From IMG/VR virus record IMGVR_UViG_3300022822_000015: a stretch of DNA of 64,000 nt. One strand, 5' to 3'. The notes below the pieces were generated by a model, which saw only the letters and a program-made list of their open reading frames with translations, did not search any database and was not told the origin of the DNA. This DNA is from an uncultured virus (IMG/VR IMGVR_UViG_3300022822_000015) (taxonomy: Duplodnaviria > Heunggongvirae > Uroviricota > Caudoviricetes). Positions 56,307 to 64,000 of the stretch are shown in pieces (the stretch's first letter is position 1; each line of letters begins with the position of its first letter). A program made the position numbers and the translations under genes.

Positions 56307-58313
56307 TTACTTACCTTGTTCTTCTAATAAAAGTTTCAAGTATTCTGCTTGTTGTTTTTCAGCTCCTGATTTAGGTTTAAAATCTTTTAGTTTTTGATCA
56401 CCTGTTCTAAGAGCTTCTAATAACTGTTTAATTTTATCTTCATCAACTTTACTTTTTAAATCTCGAAGTTTTTGGAGTTTTACATTGCTTGCAGTTTTTT
56501 CAGCTTTTTCTTGAGCTTGTTCAAAATTAAAATTTTGTAGTCTAAAATCAGTACCATTAGGGTTAGTTCTTTCAGGTCGATCTCCAGCACTGTAGTTAAA
56601 AATAGAAGTATCTTTATACTTAGGATTTTTTGCGTCTACTTCACTTAAACCTTTTTGAGCTGCAGCTTTTTCTGCTTCAGTACTATTAGGGTCTAATGCT
56701 ATAGCTATAAAACCTCTTTTATCAGCAGCAACTTTTTGAGATTTAACTTTTGCTCTAGCCTCTAATTCTTTAGCTTTTGTAGTTATTTCTTTAGTTTTAA
56801 GTTCAGGTGTGTACGTATTACCGGGACCAGAAAGTATTCTATTTTCAGCAGGTGTAATATCTCTTTCTTTTGTGCTAATAGGAGCTTCTACAGGTTCTTC
56901 AACATCATCACTAGTATCTATTTCATCTTCAGAAATTATAGGCTTAAGCTTAATTTTAGGCTTAGTTTTAGGTTTATTTCCACCTAGTTTAAAGTCTCTA
57001 CTAACTCCTGTTTGTTCTTCAATAAACTTTTGAGCTTGTTTTTGTCTTTCTTCAGAAGTAGTAGCTTGCTGTATAGAATTTTTTAATATTTTGTTAATAG
57101 AGTCATCGTACTGAGAAATTAAACTATTATATAGAGACTGTTGTTGTTGAAATTTTTGATCATTACTTTCACTACCACCAATTTTTCTACTGCTAGAAGC
57201 TTCTTGGTTTTGTTGAGCACCTAGTGCAATAGCAGCCATAGTATCATCGTTAGACATCATATCTGATATGTCTTTGCTAAACGTACCATCACCATTTATT
57301 AATTTTAAAGCTCTCATAGCTCTAATAGTGGCTGCTGGTCCAACTTTAGATTGAGACTGACTAGCAGCAACTATAGTTTGTAAATCATCTATAGACATAT
57401 CAGGAGAATTTAAAGGAAATAAACCAAAAAATGTTTCAGGAGTAAGTGCTTCACTGATCCATTTTATAGCACCTTTACTTTGAGGAACATTTAATGTTTC
57501 TGAAATATCTTTAAAAGCATCAGCATTTTCTTTTTGACTTATAGAACCAGTTTTAAATGCGTTAGTTCCAATATTAGTAGTATTACTATTTCCTGAGTTG
57601 CTAAATATTTTGCCAGCAAAATTTAATCTATTTTCAGCATTTTTACTTAATCTTTCTTGACTTTTAACATCTAACACACTGTAATTTTCAGTAGCTGTTT
57701 GTTGCATTTGTGCTATTTCTGTTTCACTTAGACCAGCTTCTCTTGCTAAAGCAGCTACATCTGATTTTATTTTAGCAGGGTCTTGATACAGTCTAGGGTT
57801 ATCAATCATATTTTGGATAAACCCATCCATAAGATCATCTTTTCTTTTATAACCATCTACTTGATTTAGATTTATAGAAGTATTTCTTCCACCGTCACTA
57901 ATAGTTCTTGTACCAGAAGTTTGTGTTTGGTAACCCGGAGAATTAAATATAGCTTGTTTTGTGCCTTGTTCCATCTCAAAAGAAGGCTGCATATCTTTAG
58001 CTTGTTGAATTAAATTGCTCATAGCTAAATTTTTATCTATACCTCTTTGTTTTTCTAAATCAAAAATACGTTGTTCTTCAACTACAGCTCTTTGACCTTC
58101 GTTTTCACGAAAATTTTGTTGTCTTTCAAAATTGGCTTGTTGTTGCATAACAGCATTTTGCTCAAGCTGTGCATTTCTAGCTTCTTGCATTTGTGCATTT
58201 ATACTAGCAAGACCTTTTTGAGAACTCTCAATAGAACGTGCAGCGTTAGCAAAAGCTTGGTTAGAGCCACTAAAGTTAGGATTTATTCTAGATCTAAAAA
58301 GTTCACCAGCCAT
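56307..58313 (-). CDS. N4 gp51-like ejection protein
   Basis: 668 aa, Gln-rich, no Cys; synteny. Confidence 0.6.
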   Translation of the reverse strand: MAGELFRSRINPNFSGSNQAFANAARSIESSQKGLASINAQMQEARNAQLEQNAVMQQQANFERQQNFRENEGQRAVVEEQRIFDLEKQRGIDKNLAMSNLIQQAKDMQPSFEMEQGTKQAIFNSPGYQTQTSGTRTISDGGRNTSINLNQVDGYKRKDDLMDGFIQNMIDNPRLYQDPAKIKSDVAALAREAGLSETEIAQMQQTATENYSVLDVKSQERLSKNAENRLNFAGKIFSNSGNSNTTNIGTNAFKTGSISQKENADAFKDISETLNVPQSKGAIKWISEALTPETFFGLFPLNSPDMSIDDLQTIVAASQSQSKVGPAATIRAMRALKLINGDGTFSKDISDMMSNDDTMAAIALGAQQNQEASSSRKIGGSESNDQKFQQQQSLYNSLISQYDDSINKILKNSIQQATTSEERQKQAQKFIEEQTGVSRDFKLGGNKPKTKPKIKLKPIISEDEIDTSDDVEEPVEAPISTKERDITPAENRILSGPGNTYTPELKTKEITTKAKELEARAKVKSQKVAADKRGFIAIALDPNSTEAEKAAAQKGLSEVDAKNPKYKDTSIFNYSAGDRPERTNPNGTDFRLQNFNFEQAQEKAEKTASNVKLQKLRDLKSKVDEDKIKQLLEALRTGDQKLKDFKPKSGAEKQQAEYLKLLLEEQGK

Positions 58314-58320
58314 TATATTA

Positions 58321-58785
58321 TTACCCTATTGCACTACCATCTACATTAGCTGCTTTAGCTCTTGCCATTCGGTCTATATATTCTTGACTACCAGCTTCCA
58401 CACTATTTAATGCTAAACCATTACGAGTTCTTTCCATAAGATCTGCATTATAAGAAGTTGCATTATTAGCAAGACTTCTATTCATACCAGCTAGCTCAAT
58501 ACCAAACTGTTTTTTTCCTTGCTTACGCATTTGGTGAGCATTATACATACCATATAGGCTACCTAAACCTTGAGCAGCTAACCCAAAGTTTTGAAATCCA
58601 TTTAAAGATTCTGGTGCTTTTGGGTAATTTTGATCACCCATTAAAACACCATTACCTGCATTCATTCTGTAGTCTTGTGGTTTATAACTAAAATCGTCAT
58701 AGGAAGCTGCTAAACTAAATTCTTTAGCAGGGTCGTATATTTGTGTTGTTGTAGGAATTTTGAAATTACTGTAAGTTTCACCCAT
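58321..58785 (-). CDS. N4 gp52-like small ejection protein
   Basis: 154 aa, GLAAQGLGSLYG hydrophobic segment; synteny. Confidence 0.6.
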   Translation of the reverse strand: MGETYSNFKIPTTTQIYDPAKEFSLAASYDDFSYKPQDYRMNAGNGVLMGDQNYPKAPESLNGFQNFGLAAQGLGSLYGMYNAHQMRKQGKKQFGIELAGMNRSLANNATSYNADLMERTRNGLALNSVEAGSQEYIDRMARAKAANVDGSAIG

Positions 58786-58802
58786 AATTCTGTACCTTTT
58801 TG

Positions 58803-61544
58803 TTAAACTACACCTAAAGTTAAGGCGTTTTTATGATAGTTGCCCACTACTGTACCATAATCATACATGCTAGAATAGTTGTATTGTATTGGTCCAGCCA
58901 TAAACCTATATGTGTCAGGACTATTAAGAAAAGCTAGGTAGGTTGGGTCTAATCCATTTTCTTGTGCTTCTATTAATCTAGCTAGTTCTTGTGACCTAAT
59001 ATCAAATTGATTATTTATTTCTAGCATCTCTGCTTGAAGCTCTAGTATATCTGCATTTATATCAGCTACTATCATATTACTAAACTGTGTGACGCTTTGT
59101 GTAATAACAGCAGGATCACTCATACCTGTTGAACCTGAACCAGTTTGGCTAGTTAAGTAAGCAGCACCAGCAGCAACAACTACTTTTAAAAATTCACTAT
59201 CTATACTAGATATTATAGCAATTGCTATAGAAATAATAACATAATTAGCTAATGCAACCTGAAAAAAAGCAGCTAAAGATAGTTTTGTAGGGTCAAAAGT
59301 TATCAGAGTGTAAACTATTAGTACTATTTCTAGTAAATCTGCAAACGCTGAAGTTTCATACCAAGCCACTTCAGTTATCTGTACAGAATAAAAATTCATC
59401 CTTAAAGCTAGGGTGTACAACTGTAGTTGTTCAACTGGAGTTAAACTATCAATAGAAAAATGAGACAACAGTATAGAAAAGTTATCATCCCCTAGTTTAC
59501 TAAGGCTCATGTTTTCTTGCCCATTACCTAAAATAAACTCTATACCAGACATGTTTGTTAATACAATTGTAGAACAAGAAGTAGTAGACACCTGTTTTCT
59601 CATAGTAAGAGTGTTTACGTTAGTTACAGTATGGCTGTAAGTACCAATTGGACCTGAATCAAATATGGTAGTAGAAGCATTTTGTGTAGACCATACTACA
59701 GCTCGTTTTACATTTTGTTCTAAAAACGTAGCATAATACCCTTGGTTGTCTACTGTTGTATTAAAATCAACAGCTTCTGTAATTACTAATGTATAAAACA
59801 TCTCATAAAGAATTTTAGAAACTACTGTTGCTGTATCAGTAGGGTTTACAGCGAAGGATAAAAATCCTTCTGATATACCAGCAATATTAGGGTTAGCTTC
59901 TATTTGTTGTATTATGTCGTTAAACTCTAAGTCTAAAGTACCTAATAGCCCTACTATACCATCATAGTTTTCTTGTCCTACACTAACTACACTGGCAGAA
60001 ACTGTGTTAGACCTAAGTATACCAATAGGCATAAACTCTAAGTTACTTAAACTACTGCTTACCATTTTAACATCAGGGTAAGTATTACTACTTATGTCAT
60101 ACACCCAATATTTCCATTCAGCAATTTCGTCAATATAGTAAGTAACAATTACATAAGAAATAATTCTATAAGCAGGTCTAGTAATCACACTAGTCAAAGT
60201 TTCTGTTAAAGGAGATGGCATATTAGTGTTATCTGTGTCTACAGGGTTAGCAACACTATAAGTAATAGTAGTTGATATGCTGTGTTTTCCTTCAGCTAAA
60301 GCGGTAGCTTCAAAACTGTCTTGTGTAGAGATACTTTCTATACTTACAACCATAGTAACAGAGGAACTTAACAAGTTTACTGTTTCCGGGGTTATAGTAA
60401 AACCTAAACCTGTACCACTAGAAGAAATTTGGTTTATGGTAGTTCCTGCAGAAGCATCACCACCAGAACTTGTCACTGTAAAAGTTATTACATTTCCGTC
60501 TACATCTACACTATCTACTGTTAACACATCATCATTGTCCAAAGTTATTGTGTCTAATGCACTGTAGAAATTAGTACTGTCGCTTCCAGAACTAGAGTAC
60601 GAACCATTACTGCCAGAATCATCGTAGTTTGCCTCTGTTTGATCTTCTAACAAGGTATATTCATAAGGTAATGAGTTTGCTTCAGTACTAATAGTAAAGT
60701 CTGTGTACGATGTACCAGCTAGCAATACTACAGTATCAACTGAGGTAAAATGGGTACCGTTTGTAGCTGTTCCTGTGTAACTTAAATTAACTGTGACAGT
60801 TTTGTTAGCAGGTATAAGTCTATCGACACTAACTGTGTACATTAGTGTGTTATCTCCTTGAACTACTTCTGAATAACCAGATAAATAAAACGTAGCAGTT
60901 TCTCTTAGTCTCTGTACTGTTAATTGGTAGTTATTAGCTCCTGCATTGTACGTAACAGCAGATAAAAAATAGCTATCGAAAGTACCGTACTCGTCACTAA
61001 AAGTTAATGTATTAAGATGGGGAAGATAACTATAAACATTTTGTAAATAGTGTTTAAAATAAACTTCTTTTGTAGGGTACTTTTGTACTGCACTAGTAAT
61101 ATTAACTGTGTAACCAGTTATAGAAAACAAAGCATTAATAACAGCAGATTGGTCTATAGTATTTTTACGTACATTTGTTGTAGGTAAAGCATAAGGATAC
61201 TCACCTTCTTCTGCGTAATTGTAGTAACCGTCTATTTTTCCTTGAGCAACTTTAGTGTACTTATTAAACGGAGATATTAATGCAATAGCAGAATTTTTTG
61301 TGTACTCAAGTGCTATTTTAACTAACGCATCTTCTTCTAGATCTGTAGTTGAAGGATAAACTTTCTGTGAAACATGTTGTACTTGTACTACGGTCTCATC
61401 TTCGATACCAAATATACCTACTACAAATTCCAGTAAAGGCATAACAATATCATCCCATACTGTTTCTACAGCCTCTACTACTCCTTCAACAACATCTTCT
61501 ACTATGTCTATTATATCTTCAATAATTTCTACAACAGCACCCAT
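58803..61544 (-). CDS. N4 gp53-like virion protein with Calx-beta/Ig-like insertion and C-terminal TM segments
   Basis: 913 aa; synteny; VAWYET.F then hydrophobic helices; MG start with acidic amphipathic helix. Confidence 0.65.
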   Translation of the reverse strand: MGAVVEIIEDIIDIVEDVVEGVVEAVETVWDDIVMPLLEFVVGIFGIEDETVVQVQHVSQKVYPSTTDLEEDALVKIALEYTKNSAIALISPFNKYTKVAQGKIDGYYNYAEEGEYPYALPTTNVRKNTIDQSAVINALFSITGYTVNITSAVQKYPTKEVYFKHYLQNVYSYLPHLNTLTFSDEYGTFDSYFLSAVTYNAGANNYQLTVQRLRETATFYLSGYSEVVQGDNTLMYTVSVDRLIPANKTVTVNLSYTGTATNGTHFTSVDTVVLLAGTSYTDFTISTEANSLPYEYTLLEDQTEANYDDSGSNGSYSSSGSDSTNFYSALDTITLDNDDVLTVDSVDVDGNVITFTVTSSGGDASAGTTINQISSSGTGLGFTITPETVNLLSSSVTMVVSIESISTQDSFEATALAEGKHSISTTITYSVANPVDTDNTNMPSPLTETLTSVITRPAYRIISYVIVTYYIDEIAEWKYWVYDISSNTYPDVKMVSSSLSNLEFMPIGILRSNTVSASVVSVGQENYDGIVGLLGTLDLEFNDIIQQIEANPNIAGISEGFLSFAVNPTDTATVVSKILYEMFYTLVITEAVDFNTTVDNQGYYATFLEQNVKRAVVWSTQNASTTIFDSGPIGTYSHTVTNVNTLTMRKQVSTTSCSTIVLTNMSGIEFILGNGQENMSLSKLGDDNFSILLSHFSIDSLTPVEQLQLYTLALRMNFYSVQITEVAWYETSAFADLLEIVLIVYTLITFDPTKLSLAAFFQVALANYVIISIAIAIISSIDSEFLKVVVAAGAAYLTSQTGSGSTGMSDPAVITQSVTQFSNMIVADINADILELQAEMLEINNQFDIRSQELARLIEAQENGLDPTYLAFLNSPDTYRFMAGPIQYNYSSMYDYGTVVGNYHKNALTLGVV

Positions 61545-61551
61545 AATTAAA

Positions 61552-62031
61552 CTACCTAGAATTATGTAAAATTTTATCCAATTTCTGTTTTATTAGACTA
61601 ATGTTTATGATAACAGGGGTACCAAACTCATACCATTTTTTAATACTTTTAACTGTTAGTAAACTTTTTAAGTTAATAACTCCTTCTTTTTTATGGGGAA
61701 TAAAACTAAGAGTCTTTACAGGTGAATAAGCATTTCCATAGAATATACTTATAAGAAGTGTTAGTGTACCTACAGGATTTCCTTTACCATAAAACAAAAC
61801 TCCTTCAGTTTTGTAAGGACTTAGTTTCTTAAAATACAAAAAACAAGACCCATCAATTAAACAATACGCTGTGTTCTCAGCTATACACTTTAACATACGT
61901 TTTTTGTGTATATTAGTGTCACTATCAGAAACTAAGGATTCTACAACAGAGTAGTGGTTATCTATATCTTGTTCATTACATTTACGGATGTAGTTATCAT
62001 TCTGCAGTAAATTAATAAGTTTGTATTTCAC
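61552..62031 (-). CDS. Putative GNAT-fold acyltransferase
   Basis: 159 aa; YIRKCNEQDID resembles the GNAT beta1-alpha1 start; adjacent to the ACP gene. Confidence 0.45.
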   Translation of the reverse strand: MKYKLINLLQNDNYIRKCNEQDIDNHYSVVESLVSDSDTNIHKKRMLKCIAENTAYCLIDGSCFLYFKKLSPYKTEGVLFYGKGNPVGTLTLLISIFYGNAYSPVKTLSFIPHKKEGVINLKSLLTVKSIKKWYEFGTPVIINISLIKQKLDKILHNSR

Positions 62032-62032
62032 A

Positions 62033-62272
62033 TTATACAGAAGTAGTTGAGTGGCAGATAGAAACTAACATTTTTACGGACAAAGCATCTACATCTATAT
62101 CATCAAATTCTGCTGTGTCAATATCATAATCATTGGCTATTGTAAGCAGTACTATTACTACTCCTAAACTATCAAGCTCGCTATCCATAAACATACCGTC
62201 CATGAGAACAGGCAACCCATTCTCATAGACAATACAACTATTTATGTTAGCTAGTGTTTCTTCTTTAGTCAT
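62033..62272 (-). CDS. Acyl carrier protein
   Basis: 79 aa, acidic; DSELDSL with Ser35 at the phosphopantetheine position, then helix II and DYDI. Confidence 0.8.
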   Translation of the reverse strand: MTKEETLANINSCIVYENGLPVLMDGMFMDSELDSLGVVIVLLTIANDYDIDTAEFDDIDVDALSVKMLVSICHSTTSV

Positions 62273-62802
62273 TAGGCTGGCAAATCATTTAGTATATCTT
62301 CATATAGTGCAGAAGTTTTAGCTTCATTAACAATAGTTGGAGCAGCACCTGTTTTATTAACAGAATAGTAAATAGCCCAAGTTTCTAGTGTTTTAGCTAG
62401 TACTTTTTGTTTAGCATCTACTTTAAACCCTAGTGTTTGAGCTGTAATTAGGTCGTCTTTTTTATCTTCCGTAGTTTTTTGTGCTTCAAGAAGTAAATTT
62501 TTACTAATACTTTCTATGACCTGTTTATCAACTAAAAGTTTTTGTGCTTGCAGTAAAGCAGAAGTATCTATCTGTATTTGTGTCTCTAGATAAATTTTTG
62601 CAGCTGTTTGAATTACTGACTGCATAGCTCCAAGATACACTTTAGCGTAGTCAACACCATTAATAGCACCTGAATCGTACTGAGACTTAATGTGAGCAGT
62701 AATACTCTCCATCATATCATCAAAAATACCATCTCCTTGTACTTTATAAGTAGAGGAGTCAGTAGTTACGTTATTTGTAAACTCAGTAAAAGCTAAGGTC
62801 AT
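62272..62802 (-). CDS. N4 gp54-like virion protein
   Basis: G.GIFD.MM....HI..QYD.G.I.G.DYAKVYLG. Confidence 0.7.
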   Translation of the reverse strand: MTLAFTEFTNNVTTDSSTYKVQGDGIFDDMMESITAHIKSQYDSGAINGVDYAKVYLGAMQSVIQTAAKIYLETQIQIDTSALLQAQKLLVDKQVIESISKNLLLEAQKTTEDKKDDLITAQTLGFKVDAKQKVLAKTLETWAIYYSVNKTGAAPTIVNEAKTSALYEDILNDLPA

Positions 62803-62804
62803 TT

Positions 62805-63287
62805 TTATTCACCTTCACCATAACTAATAGCGTATTTTTTTACTCTTATAGTAATCATATTACCTGTGTCTTTTCCATCAACAAATTCACGTTTATGTAG
62901 AGGCATAAGAGTAGAAGCTGCAATTTTAATTAGTGCTACTTCTAGCTCTACAGGAATATCTAACGGTACATTTTTAGCTAATCCGAAGTAGTTATTCTCA
63001 AAACTCAAATGTGCAGTATTAGCTACAGCAGAATCACGAGGATCTTTATTTGTAATAGTTACTACTCTTGTTTTGAAAGCCGCTTTACGTTTTTCATTAA
63101 TTTTTTGTCTTTTAGTTAGCGGTTTTTTAGAATGTTTTTCAGAAACAACTACTGGTTCTACATCTTGTGTTTCTACTTTTCCGTTAGCTTCATCAACTTT
63201 AGCTTGTAGTTTTTTAGTAGGAATATTAGCTTGAAACTCTAAACCTAGCTCATTAGCTTCCAGTATTAGGTCATCTCGATCTGACAT
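62805..63287 (-). CDS. N4 gp55-like protein
   Basis: A.ELGL.F..NI...KL..KV, RVV.ITN.DP; follows the capsid gene. Confidence 0.65.
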   Translation of the reverse strand: MSDRDDLILEANELGLEFQANIPTKKLQAKVDEANGKVETQDVEPVVVSEKHSKKPLTKRQKINEKRKAAFKTRVVTITNKDPRDSAVANTAHLSFENNYFGLAKNVPLDIPVELEVALIKIAASTLMPLHKREFVDGKDTGNMITIRVKKYAISYGEGE

Positions 63288-63317
63288 GTGTTAAATCCTT
63301 TCAGTTGTTTAACAAAT

Positions 63318-63350
63318 TAATAATAGCCGGGACTTTTTCAAGTCCCAGCT
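63318..63350 (-). terminator. Terminator after the major capsid gene
   Basis: AGCTGGGACTT-GAAA-AAGTCCCGGCT then ATTATT. Confidence 0.65.
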
Positions 63351-63366
63351 GGTTAATACTTATTGG

Positions 63367-64000
63367 TTATTTGCTAGCGCAAACATACCCTTTAAGTAAA
63401 CGTTCTTCTCGCAAGATAAGACCTGCGTACCAAAAATTGTAACTAAAGAAACCTTGAGTTGCATAAGGATTACTAAGTTCAATCTTACCGGGAGACTGAC
63501 TGTTAAACTTAATTTTTCCTTTACCTTTTAGTCCTACAATAGCAAAAGAGCCTTTTGTTGGAAACAAGATAGGGAAAACATCAAAGTTATCACGATCACC
63601 AGCAGTACCAGAAGTATTATCAGTACCACCACTAGAAGATAGATCACCTACGTAGTTCTGAGGTACAACACTACCTTGAGCAGCGTAAACTAGAGCAGAC
63701 TCAGATTCGATGAAACGAACATCACCCATAGAACCAACTTCACCTTCAGCTAGGCTAGCTGCTGCTGCATACTTGTATGCAGGGATATAAGCGAACTCTT
63801 CAGCGTTACCTGTACCACGAGTCAAGTTATCAAGATCGTACTTGATTTCTGGACCAATAACAGCGTAGTAAGCTTTATTGATTGCACGAGTATCAACTTT
63901 AGTGTCACCTGAAACAACAGTAGTGTTCTTTTCAGCACGATTACGTACCAATCGACGAGTAATTTTACGGATCATATCGTATGAAATCCGTGAATCATTA
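63367..64000 (-). CDS. N4-like major capsid protein (gp56-like), C-terminal part
   Basis: Frame open to the window edge; YAAA....GEVG....RFI, DVFPIL, SFAIVG, PY...GF.S..FWY..LILR.ER. Confidence 0.88.
   Translation of the reverse strand, partial: NDSRISYDMIRKITRRLVRNRAEKNTTVVSGDTKVDTRAINKAYYAVIGPEIKYDLDNLTRGTGNAEEFAYIPAYKYAAAASLAEGEVGSMGDVRFIESESALVYAAQGSVVPQNYVGDLSSSGGTDNTSGTAGDRDNFDVFPILFPTKGSFAIVGLKGKGKIKFNSQSPGKIELSNPYATQGFFSYNFWYAGLILREERLLKGYVCASK

Noticed and set aside
49478..60567. Many plus-strand ORFs of 60-160 aa opposite the virion genes
   Set aside because: Antisense shadows of long minus-strand genes, Ser/Leu/Val-rich with no motifs
1..64000. Stop-codon reassignment
   Set aside because: Long genes are intact in the standard code, TAA, TAG and TGA all end genes, and no suppressor tRNA was found

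Overview
Phage DNA from two lineages. About 1-4.8 kb is a T4-like (Tevenvirinae-type) late module on the minus strand: gp13, gp14, gp15, gp16, gp17 and a GIY-YIG fragment, with TATAAATA late promoters. It joins, through a tail-fibre/endonuclease VII/chaperone block, to a circularly permuted, divergent N4-like (Schitoviridae-related) podophage genome filling the rest of the window. That genome carries terminase genes, an Acb2-Tad2 anti-defence pair, a tRNA cluster preceded by a leader-peptide attenuator, a probable genome-end region near 16.3-16.7 kb, an unsplit T7-type RNA polymerase, RNA-repair genes and replication genes (DNA polymerase and primase-helicase each split). Its virion module has the vRNAP in two ORFs, N4 gp51-55-like genes and a partial major capsid gene. 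Strongest candidates for new biology: (1) an acyl carrier protein plus GNAT-like gene directly upstream of a Met-Gly-starting virion protein; (2) a ribosome-sensed attenuator in front of the tRNA operon; (3) a split vRNAP whose only two cysteines flank the split; (4) HNH cassettes that appear to carry replacement 3' ends for their target genes. All family calls come from motif recognition by eye; no database search was run.
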